Origin: an archaeon
GTDB lineage: Archaea > Methanobacteriota_B > Thermococci > Methanofastidiosales > NM3
DNA: 55,658 nucleotides
Assembly (NCBI GenBank): GCA_004212155.1
Contig: RXIG01000007.1
Coordinates: forward strand, 1-55,658
Reading direction: 5' to 3'
Shown here: positions 38,603-48,959 of the stretch, in pieces
Numbering within the stretch: position 1 is the stretch's first letter
Layout of the letters: every line of letters starts with the position of its first letter
Notes under the pieces: generated by a model
What the model saw: the letters and a program-made list of their open reading frames with translations, nothing else
What the model was told of the DNA's origin: nothing
Databases searched by the model: none
Made by a program: the position numbers and the translations under genes

Positions 38603-39210
38603 ATGCATCGCGGCTCGACGACCAGCCGTTCACATCGAAGCTCACCAAGCTCATACTTTCGGGCGTCATCTTCTGTTATCCCACGGACACGTGTTACGCA
38701 CTCGGGGCCAACGCCCTCAACGAGGAGGCCGTCTATAGAATATATGTTATCAAGGACCGCGACATATCAAAGCCGCTGCCCGTCATCGTGCGCGACCTTG
38801 ACGTGGCTGCCAAGTTCTCTGTCATCGGTCCGAAGGCGCGCGCGGTGCTCGAGGCATTCCCAGGGATCTCGGTCGTCGTCCCGAAGCGCCACATCCCCGA
38901 CATCGTCAACCCCACCCAGATCATGCTTCGCATCCCCGACAGCCACACGACGAAAAAGCTCCTGTCAAATATCCGCGTCCCGGTCGTATCGACCAGTGCC
39001 AACAGGGCGGGCGATGAGAATCCATACAGTGTCAATGACATCTCGTCGTCGCTCTCATCGAAACTCTCTCTTATCGACTTCGCGCTCGATGCCGGGAAAC
39101 TCGACCCAAAACCACCATCCACGATCCTCGACTGCATCGAGGGAAAGGTCTATCGCGAGGGGGCCTACAGCGAGGACGAGGTCATGGAGGTCTTCAATGT
39201 GGCTGATTAA
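38590..39210 (+). CDS. sua5: Threonylcarbamoyl-AMP synthase (YrdC domain only)
   Basis: YPTDTCYALG, K-x-R...KPL, RIP, STSAN and PSTI. Confidence 0.88.
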   Translation: MERLNASRLDDQPFTSKLTKLILSGVIFCYPTDTCYALGANALNEEAVYRIYVIKDRDISKPLPVIVRDLDVAAKFSVIGPKARAVLEAFPGISVVVPKRHIPDIVNPTQIMLRIPDSHTTKKLLSNIRVPVVSTSANRAGDENPYSVNDISSSLSSKLSLIDFALDAGKLDPKPPSTILDCIEGKVYREGAYSEDEVMEVFNVAD

Positions 39211-39850
39211 CCAGGGTGCCGAGGCGAAGCTCTACCACATGACCGGCCAGGAGTACTGCGGTGTCTCCCTGCCATACGACCTCGTCGTCAAGGAGCGCGT
39301 GCGCAAACGCTACCGCATACCGCCGCTTGACAGCCGCATCGTGCTCTCGCGCACCATCCACGAGGCGCGGCTGCTGCACGAGGCAAAGCGCGCAGGCGTC
39401 CATACGCCGACACTCTTTTTCATAGATACAACCCGCCATGCGATCGTCATGGAACACATCGAGGGGACGCGCGTGAAGGAGCGCCTCCTCGACGCCCCCC
39501 GCACGTCGCTTGACCTCGTCGTGCGCATCGGCGCCGATGTCGGGAGGCTCCATGCCCATGGCATCGTGCACGGCGACCTTACCACATCCAATCTCATCCT
39601 GCGCGACGGCGACGTCGTCTTCATCGACTTCGGACTCGGGGAGTTCTCACCCGATGTAGAGCCGCAGGCCGTCGACCTGCACCTCTTCAAGCAGGCGCTC
39701 ATGAGCACGCACTACGAGATGACCAATTCGTACTGGGAACGATTCCTCGAAGGGTACAAGACGACCATGCCGGCAAGCGATGAGATCATCGAACGCATCG
39801 CCGACATCGAGCAGCGCGGCCGCTATGTGGAACGGGGTGAACAGCAATGA
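39197..39850 (+). CDS. bud32: KEOPS kinase/ATPase Bud32
   Basis: QGAEA, KRYR, HGDLTTSN, IDFGL and C-terminal RGRY; start at ATG 39197 after GGAGG. Confidence 0.93.
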   Translation: MWLINQGAEAKLYHMTGQEYCGVSLPYDLVVKERVRKRYRIPPLDSRIVLSRTIHEARLLHEAKRAGVHTPTLFFIDTTRHAIVMEHIEGTRVKERLLDAPRTSLDLVVRIGADVGRLHAHGIVHGDLTTSNLILRDGDVVFIDFGLGEFSPDVEPQAVDLHLFKQALMSTHYEMTNSYWERFLEGYKTTMPASDEIIERIADIEQRGRYVERGEQQ

Positions 39851-40401
39851 ACATCGTGTTCATCACGGGGAACGCCAACAAGGTACGCGAGGCGTCGTCG
39901 CTGATGGCGCCGCTTGGCATCACCGTGGAGCAGCGAGACCTCGGGTATCCCGAGCTACAGGCGGACACGCTCGAGGAAGTGGCCCGTCACGGCATTGCAT
40001 GGTGCATGGAAAAGCTTAAAAAGCCCTGTTTTCTAGAGGACGCAGGCCTCTTCGTTGAGGCACTGAATGGATTTCCCGGCCCGTACTCGAAGTACGTCTT
40101 CGAGACGATAGGCAACGAGGGCGTCGTCAGGCTCCTTGACGGAGCGGTCGACAGGCGCGCCGTGTTTCGTTCTGTGATCGCATACCACGATGGTGTGCAG
40201 GCACACATCTTCACGGGAGAGGTGCCGGGCGAGATATCATACGCCCCGCGGGGCGATGAGGGATTCGGATACGATCCCGTGTTCATACCGGACGGACACG
40301 CACGCACGTTTGCGGAAATGGGCACTGAGAAGAAAAACCAACTCTCTCATCGAGGGAAATCTTTAAATAAGCTTATAAATTATTTCAAAGAGCACACGTA
40401 G
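39847..40401 (+). CDS. rdgB: XTP/dITP diphosphatase (Ham1 family)
   Basis: TGNANK, EDAGL, GFGYDPVF and SHRG. Confidence 0.95.
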   Translation: MNIVFITGNANKVREASSLMAPLGITVEQRDLGYPELQADTLEEVARHGIAWCMEKLKKPCFLEDAGLFVEALNGFPGPYSKYVFETIGNEGVVRLLDGAVDRRAVFRSVIAYHDGVQAHIFTGEVPGEISYAPRGDEGFGYDPVFIPDGHARTFAEMGTEKKNQLSHRGKSLNKLINYFKEHT

Positions 40402-40410
40402 GGTGATAGC

Positions 40411-40866
40411 ATGGCGAGAATGCATTCAAGGAAACGGGGAAAATCAAGTTCCACTCATCCTTTACGAACATCAGCCCCCCAATGGGAGGACTATTCGACA
40501 GAGGAGATTGAGAATCTCATCGTTGATTATGCGAAGAAGGGGTACACCCCTTCCATGATCGGAACGGTATTGCGAGACCAGCATGGGATAGCCGACGTAT
40601 CCCTCACGACTGGCAAGAAGATGCAGGCGATCCTTAGGGATCATGACCTTGCACCTGACGTACCAGAGGACCTCAGGAACCTCATCACGAAGGCCGTGCT
40701 TCTCAGGAAGCACCTCACGGACCATCCAAAGGACAAACACTCGATGAGGGGCCTCAAGCTCACGGAGTCCAAGATCCGTCGCCTGGGCAAGTATTACAAG
40801 CGAAACGGCATACTTGAACCAAAGTGGATCTACGACCCGGAAAAGGCACGTCTCCTCGTCAGGTAG
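40411..40866 (+). CDS. rps15: 30S ribosomal protein S15 (uS15)
   Basis: [14 protein letters not shown]...PEDL...[11 protein letters not shown]. Confidence 0.97.
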   Translation: MARMHSRKRGKSSSTHPLRTSAPQWEDYSTEEIENLIVDYAKKGYTPSMIGTVLRDQHGIADVSLTTGKKMQAILRDHDLAPDVPEDLRNLITKAVLLRKHLTDHPKDKHSMRGLKLTESKIRRLGKYYKRNGILEPKWIYDPEKARLLVR

Positions 40867-40887
40867 GCATCTTTTACTTCTTTCTTT

Positions 40888-42243
40888 GTGGAGTGTATGA
40901 ATCATTTCCTTGCACGATGTGAAGAAGCTGCACAGATACTTCGCGGCGCAGAAAAAGTAACGGTGTTTGGCCACCGCGATGCTGACGGTATCTGTGCTGC
41001 CATCATCGTCAAGGAAGCGTTTCCCTCTGCAGACATCACGGTACGCATCATACGCCACGGCACCACGCTGTCCCAGATCGCAGAAGAGAGCGTGGGGACG
41101 TTTCCCGTCTTTGTCGACTATGGTTCGTCCGAGGTCGATGCCATATCCGAGTTGTTTGACGACTTCTTGATTCTTGATCACCACCCCATGTCGCGCGACA
41201 ACGACCGATTGGTAAATCCGTGGCAGCATGGCATCGACGGCACGCGCGAGCTCTCGGGCGCTGGCGTCGCCTACTTCGTCGCACGCGCAGCGCATGATCG
41301 CAATCGCTCACTTGCCCATATCGCTCTCGTGGGCGCCATGGGCGACAAGCTCTACCTGAGCGGACTGAAGGGCCCGACGGCAGAGATCGTGCGCGATGGG
41401 CGCTCGACAGGTGTCGTGGCAGGCGATGGGCCCCTCGAACTTGAGAGCGCATCGTTTGCGTTCACCGATACATCGCTTTCGCTCCTGAACGTGGCTGAGA
41501 TCATCGATGCGTGCGCGAGCGTCAACAGCCCCCACGTCGCGGTGGAGATGCTGCTTGGGGACAAGGACGCGTACGCACGTGCTCTTGCCATCCACGAGGA
41601 CTACACCGGGCGCCTGGGGCGCCAACTGGCAGTCATCGACGCGCACAGGGAGTCGATCATCGAGGACAATGCACAGCACCTGGCATACTTCATCTACTGC
41701 GATGCGCTCGAGCCGGGATTTTCCGGTGTTGTTGCCGAACGCCTGCTGGACACGTTCTATGATAAGCCGGTCATCGTGCTCTCGAACGCACCGTATGGCA
41801 TCAAGGCATCGGCACGGGCGACGCCGTCACACCTCGCCACTGGCACCGACCTAGGCTCCGCGCTCTCCAGGGCCGCACAGGAGTGCCACGGCAAGGGGGG
41901 AGGGCATGACGTGGCAGCAGGGGCGATGGTGCCCCGCGAACAACTCGAGGCGTTCAAGGCACGCGCCACGTATCACCTGTTCGGACAGAACAAGGCGCAT
42001 CTCAAGGTCGCCATCGAGGTCGAATCCACGGACGGGGCCACGGCCGCCGCCGTCGCATCGTCGATAGCTGTGGACAACGAACGATTCCGTACGACGGAAA
42101 GCTACACGATCGCGGCAGGTTCGACGGTCTATGTGCTCGTCTCCTCTGAGGACGTGGGCACGTTCAAGAACACGGTCGACGACCTCCTCGCGTGCCTCTC
42201 GTCAGGCAAGGGCATCACATCGCTTCAGAGCAAAGAGTTATAA
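40888..42243 (+). CDS. RecJ-like DHH/DHHA1 phosphoesterase with C-terminal Pcc1/Pcc2-like domain
   Basis: HRDADG, VDYG, LDHH, GAMGD and GGGH motifs; extra ~80 aa C-terminus ending TVDDLLACL. Confidence 0.85.
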   Translation: MECMNHFLARCEEAAQILRGAEKVTVFGHRDADGICAAIIVKEAFPSADITVRIIRHGTTLSQIAEESVGTFPVFVDYGSSEVDAISELFDDFLILDHHPMSRDNDRLVNPWQHGIDGTRELSGAGVAYFVARAAHDRNRSLAHIALVGAMGDKLYLSGLKGPTAEIVRDGRSTGVVAGDGPLELESASFAFTDTSLSLLNVAEIIDACASVNSPHVAVEMLLGDKDAYARALAIHEDYTGRLGRQLAVIDAHRESIIEDNAQHLAYFIYCDALEPGFSGVVAERLLDTFYDKPVIVLSNAPYGIKASARATPSHLATGTDLGSALSRAAQECHGKGGGHDVAAGAMVPREQLEAFKARATYHLFGQNKAHLKVAIEVESTDGATAAAVASSIAVDNERFRTTESYTIAAGSTVYVLVSSEDVGTFKNTVDDLLACLSSGKGITSLQSKEL

Positions 42244-42275
42244 AGTTCCAAAAAGCACAACGGATGGGTCGAAAT

Positions 42276-43646
42276 ATGGACGTACTTATCATCGGGGCTG
42301 GCCCCGCAGGAATGTTCGCGGCCGAGAAGCTCGCGGACGAGACGAACCACACCATTACCGTCATCGACATGGGCAAGGAGTCGGTCAATCGCAAGTGCAG
42401 CACGCTCTCGCGCGACATGTGCACCAAGTGCGAACCCTGTGATATCTATGCAGGTGTCGGCGGTGCTGGCGCTCTCTCTGATGGCAAGCTCAATCTGACG
42501 CCTCACATCGGAGGCGACCCGGACTCGCTCCACCGCAGCGCCGATGAGATACGACGTTATATCCAAAAGGTTGACGAAACGTTCCTCAAGTACGGTGCCG
42601 ACACCGATATATTCGGCGTAAACGACGACGACCTCAATCTTCTCAAGCGCAAGGCATCAGCACACGGCATCGAGTTCATCTCCGGCAAGCAGCGCCATAT
42701 GGGCTCCGACAAGACGCCGCTTATCATCGACAAGTTCTACAAGGAGCTCAAGCAAAAGGGCGTGAAGTTCAGGACGCAGACCAAGATCGAGACCATCGAG
42801 CGTTCTGGCGAGGGATTCATAGCCCGTACCGAAGGCGAGGCGTTCAAGGCCGACTTCATCATCGCGGCCCCGGGGCGCGCTGGCGCATACTGGTTCCGCA
42901 CCCAGGCCCGCAAGCTTGGCATCGACAACAAGTACGGCCCCATAGATGTGGGGGTGCGCGTCGAGTTCCCCTCGACGATATATGAACCCATCGAGGAGAT
43001 CATGTACGATGCGAAGTTCAAGCTCTACACCTACACCTACGACGACCTCGTGCGCACGTTCTGCACAAATCCGTGCGGATTCGTCACCGAGGAGCGCTAC
43101 CCCGACTTCGTGATGGTCAACGGCCATGCGAAAAAGGACGAGAAGTCTGAAAACACCAACCTTGCCATCCTCTCGCGCATTGAGCTTACCGACCCTGTTG
43201 AGGACACCACAGAATACGGCAGGTCGATCGCCCGCCTTGCCACCACCATCGGAGGGGGCAAGCCGATCCTCCAGCGATTCAAGGACCTGGCAACGGGCCA
43301 GCGTTCCACGTGGACGCGACTTGCGCGCTGCCAGATCGCGCCGACGCTTCGCAATGCCACGCCTGGCGACATCTCAATGGCGCTGCCGCATCGCATCGTC
43401 ACCAACATCGTCGAATCGATCGAGCGCCTCGACAACGTCATAGAGGGCATCGCGTCCGACTCGACGCTCATCTATGCCTCAGAGATCAAGTTCTACGATA
43501 CGAAGTATCCTGTGACGGAGCACCTCGAGACCAACATCCCCAATCTCTTCGTCGCCGGCGATGCGTCAGGCCATTCACGCGGCATCGTCTATGCGGCCGT
43601 GACGGGCATCCTCGCCGCAGAGGGCATCGTGCACAAGGGCGAGTGA
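42276..43646 (+). CDS. FAD-dependent oxidoreductase (COG2509-like)
   Basis: IIGAGPAG, Cys cluster, GGAGALSDGKL, GVRVE, RTFCTNP and AGD. Confidence 0.88.
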   Translation: MDVLIIGAGPAGMFAAEKLADETNHTITVIDMGKESVNRKCSTLSRDMCTKCEPCDIYAGVGGAGALSDGKLNLTPHIGGDPDSLHRSADEIRRYIQKVDETFLKYGADTDIFGVNDDDLNLLKRKASAHGIEFISGKQRHMGSDKTPLIIDKFYKELKQKGVKFRTQTKIETIERSGEGFIARTEGEAFKADFIIAAPGRAGAYWFRTQARKLGIDNKYGPIDVGVRVEFPSTIYEPIEEIMYDAKFKLYTYTYDDLVRTFCTNPCGFVTEERYPDFVMVNGHAKKDEKSENTNLAILSRIELTDPVEDTTEYGRSIARLATTIGGGKPILQRFKDLATGQRSTWTRLARCQIAPTLRNATPGDISMALPHRIVTNIVESIERLDNVIEGIASDSTLIYASEIKFYDTKYPVTEHLETNIPNLFVAGDASGHSRGIVYAAVTGILAAEGIVHKGE

Positions 43647-43764
43647 GTTCCCTTTGCAGCGCTCATGATATGACTGCATCGGAGCAACGCATTTCTCAAA
43701 ATGAATATCCTGCACGCCCTAAAGGCCCAAAAACTATTTAATTATAACCTTTAATGGCGCATGC

Positions 43765-45339
43765 ATGTTTCTCATGGAGAAGCTCTCATTCGACTGGCGG
43801 TTTTACGTGCTTCCAGTTATCGTGGGCGCTCTCTCCGGGCTTGGGGCCGTGGTCTTCAGGCAGCTCATATCTCTTGTTCAGAATCTCTTCTTCAAGGGAA
43901 CGTTTGCGTTCTCCTACGACGAGGCAATACACATAATCGATCCGGCATTTCTTGTCATCCTCGTCCCCGTGGTCGGGTTTGCCATCGTTGGCATACTCGT
44001 CTTCAAGGGAGCTCCCGAGACGCAGGGACACGGGGTCCCCGAGGTCCTGACGTCCGTTTACATCAACAAGGGACGCATCCGCGCCCGCGTCGCCGCCATC
44101 AAGACCGTTGCCTCGGCGCTCACCATCGGATCGGGAGGATCGAGCGGACGCGAGGGCCCCATTGTGCAGATAGGCGCATCAATAGGGTCGGTGCTCGGCC
44201 AGCGGCTCAACCTCACCGCCGTGGAGACGACCACGCTCCTCGGATGCGGTGCCGCCGCCGGCATTGCCTCCACATTCAATGCGCCCCTTGGCGGCATCCT
44301 CTTTGCCATCGAGCTCATCATTCCCGAGTTCTCGGTGCGCACCATGGTACCCCTCGCGCTCTCGACGTCGACGGGCACCTACCTCTCACGCTTATTCCTT
44401 GGCAACGAGCCAGCGTTCCGTCTTCCCGAATACGCGCTCAACTCGGGCTACGAGCTCATCCTCTATATCTTGCTCGGCGTCTTCATCGGCATCGGTGCCA
44501 TCATCTACATACATGTGCTCTACAAGTTCGAGGACTTCTTCGAGCAGTGGAACGTCAACAAGTATCTCAAACCAGTCGTCGGCGGCCTGATCATGGGGCT
44601 CTCCGGCTACCTTATGCTCACCTTCTTCGGCGAGTACTACATCTTCGGCGTGGGGTATCCTACCATCTCCAGCGTACTCAGTGGGGGCCAGGGATTCACG
44701 ATCCTCCTACTCCTCCTGCTCGCGTTCATGAAGATCTTCGCAACGTCCGTAACGCTCGGTTGTGGCGGGTCGGGCGGCATCTTCGCACCCGCTCTCTTCA
44801 TCGGCACATGCTTTGGTGCCGCATTCGGCATCGCATCGTCGTTTTTCTTTCCCGAGCTGGTGGCGACGCCATCGGCCTATGCCAACGTCGGCATGGGCGC
44901 GTTCGTGGGCGGCATCACCGGTGCCCCTCTTATGGCGATCATCATGTTCTTCGAGATGACCCGAAACTATGCCATCATCCTTCCGCTCACCATCTCGGTC
45001 GTCATTGCGCGTGCGTTTGTCCACTACAACTACGAGGGCACGATATACGAGCTCAAGCTGCTGCGAAACGGCATCAAGATCCCGCATGAGCGGGCGATCG
45101 ACACGCTCAGCATCGTTCCGATAAAAGACATCATGGACAAGTACAACGATGAACAGGGTCTGCCCGAGGTCTACCATTATGCGCCCGTACTCGATGCGCT
45201 CATGATCATGGACGAGCGGCGCGTCAACGAGCTTATCGTCGTCGACAAGTCGCGAACCCCCATAGGCGTCATACGCAAGGACGATATCATATACTTCTAT
45301 ACACGCGAGCGCGCTAACACACGCCGCCTCCTTGATTGA
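43765..45339 (+). CDS. ClC chloride channel/antiporter with C-terminal CBS region
   Basis: GHGVP, GREGP, FNAPLGG and GGIFAP motifs. Confidence 0.92.
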   Translation: MFLMEKLSFDWRFYVLPVIVGALSGLGAVVFRQLISLVQNLFFKGTFAFSYDEAIHIIDPAFLVILVPVVGFAIVGILVFKGAPETQGHGVPEVLTSVYINKGRIRARVAAIKTVASALTIGSGGSSGREGPIVQIGASIGSVLGQRLNLTAVETTTLLGCGAAAGIASTFNAPLGGILFAIELIIPEFSVRTMVPLALSTSTGTYLSRLFLGNEPAFRLPEYALNSGYELILYILLGVFIGIGAIIYIHVLYKFEDFFEQWNVNKYLKPVVGGLIMGLSGYLMLTFFGEYYIFGVGYPTISSVLSGGQGFTILLLLLLAFMKIFATSVTLGCGGSGGIFAPALFIGTCFGAAFGIASSFFFPELVATPSAYANVGMGAFVGGITGAPLMAIIMFFEMTRNYAIILPLTISVVIARAFVHYNYEGTIYELKLLRNGIKIPHERAIDTLSIVPIKDIMDKYNDEQGLPEVYHYAPVLDALMIMDERRVNELIVVDKSRTPIGVIRKDDIIYFYTRERANTRRLLD

Positions 45340-45425
45340 AGATTGCGATAAGTATTATACTATTGTCTATCTTTTATATGGCAATTACCGAAAGATATAA
45401 ATACAATTTTGATTTATCATGGTAT

Positions 45426-46142
45426 ATGATAAGTGCGGCCAAGGAGAAGCTCGCTAAGCGCATGGCCGGCGAGATCGCCCTCTCGGACGACCCCGGCAAG
45501 ACGATGCGCAAATGGCGGGAGATCTTCGCTGTCACACAGACCGTCCTTGCCAAGCGCCTTGGCGTATCGTCGTCGGTGCTTTCCGACTACGAGGGCGGGC
45601 GGCGCAAGTCGCCCGGGTCCACGACGATCAAGAAGTTCGTTGAAGGGCTCCTCGAGCTCGACGAGGGGTCTGGAGGCAAGGTCATCCATGCGTTCGGCCG
45701 CATGTTTTCCACCGATCTTTCCACCGATGCCATCATCGATGTGCGCGAGTTCTCGGTGCCCGTGAAGATATCGGACCTCTGCGAGGCCGTGGAGGGCACC
45801 ATCGTTGCCAACGAGGACCTTGCGTACAGGCCCATTTATGGATATACCGTCATCGACAGTATCAAGGCGATACTCGAGATGTCCGCAGACGAGTTCCTGC
45901 GCCTCTACGGATGGTCGACGGAGCGCGCGCTCATCTTCACGAAGGTCGACATGGGCCGCTCGCCCATGGTCGCCATCAAGGTCAAGGGTCTCAAGCCCTC
46001 GGTCGTCGTGGTCAACGGACCGACGAAGATGGACGATGTCGCCGTCAAGATCGCCGAGATAGAGCGCATACCCCTCGTGCTGTCAAAGTCGCCGTCCCTT
46101 GACGTGCTGATCCGAAACCTTCGTGCCATCGCAGAGGAATGA
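45426..46142 (+). CDS. XRE-type HTH transcriptional regulator (COG1709-like)
   Basis: GEIALSDDPG, SDYEGGRRKSPG and GRSPMVAI; sits upstream of HMG-CoA synthase. Confidence 0.85.
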   Translation: MISAAKEKLAKRMAGEIALSDDPGKTMRKWREIFAVTQTVLAKRLGVSSSVLSDYEGGRRKSPGSTTIKKFVEGLLELDEGSGGKVIHAFGRMFSTDLSTDAIIDVREFSVPVKISDLCEAVEGTIVANEDLAYRPIYGYTVIDSIKAILEMSADEFLRLYGWSTERALIFTKVDMGRSPMVAIKVKGLKPSVVVVNGPTKMDDVAVKIAEIERIPLVLSKSPSLDVLIRNLRAIAEE

Positions 46143-46248
46143 GGGGAATCGCACCTATTCTATTCGGCAGTTGCCGAAAGTATAACCGTTATATAACGAT
46201 ACATTTAAATAGGGCTTTTGAGCTCACAGAACAGTAAGAGGTGCCGTT

Positions 46249-47292
46249 ATGAAGACGATTAAGGATGTTGGGATCGTGGGATATGGCGCATACGTCCCCA
46301 TGTATCGCATCAAGAACTCTGATATTGCACGGGTGTGGGGGAACGATCCGGTTCGAGTCCCCGTGAAGGAGAAATCCGTTCCCGGACCCGATGAGGACGC
46401 GTGCACCATAGCGTGCGAGGCGGCCAAGAACTCACTGTTGCGCGCCGGCATCGACCCGCATTCGCTCGGGGCCGTATGGGTCGGTACCGAGTCGAAGCCG
46501 TATGCGGTGAAACCGACGGCGACCATCGTTGCCGAGGTCATCGGCGCGACCCCCGCCATCAACGCAGCGGACTGGGAGTTCGCCTGCAAGGCAGGCACCG
46601 AGGCGCTCCAGGGCGCGTTCGGATATGTCGGCTCGGGCATGGCCCCCTATGCGCTTGCCATCGGTGTCGACACGGCGCAGGGGCAACCCGCAGATGCGCT
46701 CGAATATACCGCCGCAGCGGGTGGGGCAGGATTCATCGTCGGTCCCGCGGAGGAGTCGCTCGCACACTATGAGGGCTCATATTCGTTTGTCACCGACACG
46801 CCCGACTTCTGGAGGCGGCAGCATGAACACTACCCGAAGCATGCCTCGCGGTTTACCGGTACGCCCGCGTACTTCTACCATGTCACCAACGCCACGCGCA
46901 GGATGTGCGATGAGCTGGGCAAGGAACCCAACGATTATGATTATGTCATCTTCCACCAGCCGAACACGAAGTTTCCAATGGCTGCGGCAAAGATGCTTGG
47001 CGTGGACAAGGAAAAGGTCATACCCGGCCTCATATCGCCCTACATCGGCAACACATACGCAGGTTCGTCACTCGTGGGGCTGGCGGCCGTCTTTGACGTC
47101 GCAAGCCCTGGTGAATCGGTGTTGTGTGTCTCATACGGGTCAGGCGCGGGTTCGGACGTGTTCTCGTTTACCGTCACAGAGAAGATAACCGAGGTGCGCG
47201 ACAAGGCGCCCAACCTGAAGTCGTATGTAGGGCGCAGGCTCGAGATAGACTATGCCACGTACGCCAGGTACCGCGGCAAGATACGGATGTGA
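46249..47292 (+). CDS. mvaS: Archaeal HMG-CoA synthase
   Basis: [28 protein letters not shown] and SYGSGAG. Confidence 0.95.
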   Translation: MKTIKDVGIVGYGAYVPMYRIKNSDIARVWGNDPVRVPVKEKSVPGPDEDACTIACEAAKNSLLRAGIDPHSLGAVWVGTESKPYAVKPTATIVAEVIGATPAINAADWEFACKAGTEALQGAFGYVGSGMAPYALAIGVDTAQGQPADALEYTAAAGGAGFIVGPAEESLAHYEGSYSFVTDTPDFWRRQHEHYPKHASRFTGTPAYFYHVTNATRRMCDELGKEPNDYDYVIFHQPNTKFPMAAAKMLGVDKEKVIPGLISPYIGNTYAGSSLVGLAAVFDVASPGESVLCVSYGSGAGSDVFSFTVTEKITEVRDKAPNLKSYVGRRLEIDYATYARYRGKIRM

Positions 47293-47296
47293 TCAT

Positions 47297-48442
47297 ATGC
47301 AAGACGTTGCTATAGTAGGAGTGGGATGCACGCCCGTGGGAGAGCCATGGGACAAATCATTGAGGGAGATCGCGGTCGATTCCACATGGAACGCACTCGA
47401 CGATGCAGGCACCGACGAGGTCGACGGCCTCATTGTCGGCAACATGTCCAGCGGTAATTTCATCGACCAGGAGTCGCTTGGTTCCCTGATTGCTGACTAC
47501 GGCGGCCTTGGCAACATCTCGGCGTTCAAGGTCGAGGGCGCATGCGGCTCTGCTGGTGCTGCGTTCAAGGCGGGTGTCATGGCAGTTGCGTCTGGCTATC
47601 ATGACGTCGTTTGCGTGACTGGCGTCGAGAAGATGACCGATGTCGTTGGCAACAGCGCCACGAAGATACTGGCCAACGCCTGCGACAGGGAGTATGAGGC
47701 GATACACGGCGTAACGTTCGTTGGCCTCAATGCCATGATCATGAAGCGCTACATGCACGATCACAAGGTGACGAGGGAACAGATCTCGACGTTTCCGGTC
47801 AACTCGCACAAGAACGGCGTGAAGAATCCCAACGCGATGTTTCGCAGGGAGATCTCGCTTGACACCGTGCTCAACTCGCCGATGGTGGCCGACCCGCTCA
47901 CCGTCATGGACTGCGCACCGATCTGCGACGGGGCTGCCTCGGTGATACTCACCACGAGGGAACGCGCCCGCGAGTTCACCGACACGCCTGTCATCATCAA
48001 GGGATGCTCGGTAAAGGTGGACACGATAGGCGTCCACGACCGCGCCACCGTCACATCGATGGCGGCCACCAAGGCTGCGGCCAAGGACGCGTTCGCGCAG
48101 GCCAAGATGGAGCCCAAGGACATTCAGACAGCAGAGCTCCACGACGCCTTCTCGATCATGGGCGTCATCGGCCTCGAGGACCTTGGATTCGTGCCGGCGG
48201 GCAAGGGAGCGAAGTTCGCGGCCGACGGCGAGATCGCCATAGGAGGAAAGCTTCCGTGCTGCACCATGGGCGGCCTCAAGGCCCGTGGCCATCCGGTGGG
48301 CGCAACGGGTGTCTACCAGATAGTCGAGTTGGCAAAGAACATACGCGGCGACGGCGTCATCGACGTTGAAAACGGCATCGCCCAAAACATCGGGGGGACC
48401 GGTTCGACTGTGTCTGTCGCCATCCTTGGGAGGGATGATTAA
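47297..48442 (+). CDS. Acetoacetyl-CoA thiolase
   Basis: EGACGS, ELHDAF, GHPVGATG and QNIGG. Confidence 0.93.
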   Translation: MQDVAIVGVGCTPVGEPWDKSLREIAVDSTWNALDDAGTDEVDGLIVGNMSSGNFIDQESLGSLIADYGGLGNISAFKVEGACGSAGAAFKAGVMAVASGYHDVVCVTGVEKMTDVVGNSATKILANACDREYEAIHGVTFVGLNAMIMKRYMHDHKVTREQISTFPVNSHKNGVKNPNAMFRREISLDTVLNSPMVADPLTVMDCAPICDGAASVILTTRERAREFTDTPVIIKGCSVKVDTIGVHDRATVTSMAATKAAAKDAFAQAKMEPKDIQTAELHDAFSIMGVIGLEDLGFVPAGKGAKFAADGEIAIGGKLPCCTMGGLKARGHPVGATGVYQIVELAKNIRGDGVIDVENGIAQNIGGTGSTVSVAILGRDD

Positions 48443-48849
48443 TGCCAAGCAGCGTACCCAGGCACTGGAGGGAAAACATCAAGCGCTACCGCCTTCTCGG
48501 CACGAAGTGCGCGTCGTGCGGCACGATCCACTATCCCCGGCGCACTGTTTGCCCGTCATGCAAGGCACGTGAGTTGGAGGAGTACCAGTTCAAGGGCAGC
48601 GGCAAGATCTACTCGTACACGATCATCCGAAGCCCTCCGGAGGGATATGAGTTCTGCAAGCCATACGCGGCAGCGCTCATCGAGCTCGAGGAGGGGGAGA
48701 TCGTCACCGCTCAGCTCACGGACTGCAACTTCGACGATCTCGAGATCGGCATGCCGGTGGAATCGGTGATCAGGCGCATGTTCGCATACGGCGAATCGGG
48801 CATCATCGTCTATGGATACAAGTTCAGGCCCATACTTCCGCGCATGTAA
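48442..48849 (+). CDS. DUF35 Zn-ribbon/OB-fold scaffold of the thiolase-HMGS complex
   Basis: CASC...CPSC and YGYKFRP; TAATG coupling to the thiolase stop. Confidence 0.93.
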   Translation: MPSSVPRHWRENIKRYRLLGTKCASCGTIHYPRRTVCPSCKARELEEYQFKGSGKIYSYTIIRSPPEGYEFCKPYAAALIELEEGEIVTAQLTDCNFDDLEIGMPVESVIRRMFAYGESGIIVYGYKFRPILPRM

Positions 48850-48855
48850 GCATCA

Positions 48856-48887
48856 TTGTTTTTCTTATTTTCTTTTTTCTTATTTTT
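48856..48887 (+). terminator. Oligo-T terminator of the mevalonate operon
   Basis: TTGTTTTTCTTATTTTCTTTTTTCTTATTTTT after the stop codon. Confidence 0.7.
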
Positions 48888-48959
48888 GTATCAAATATAA
48901 CAAAAACATTATAAATCAAACTATTATTCCCTCTTCATACCATATCATTGGTGGAATCC

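Noticed and set aside
38603-39196. Long N-terminal extension of Bud32 (415-aa ORF call)
   Set aside because: Overlaps sua5 in another frame and is low-complexity; the real start is ATG 39197 with an SD
43637-43680. Possible fluoride riboswitch upstream of the ClC gene
   Set aside because: Poor match to the consensus, lies upstream of the likely TATA box, and the channel has GHGVP/GREGP rather than CLC-F signatures
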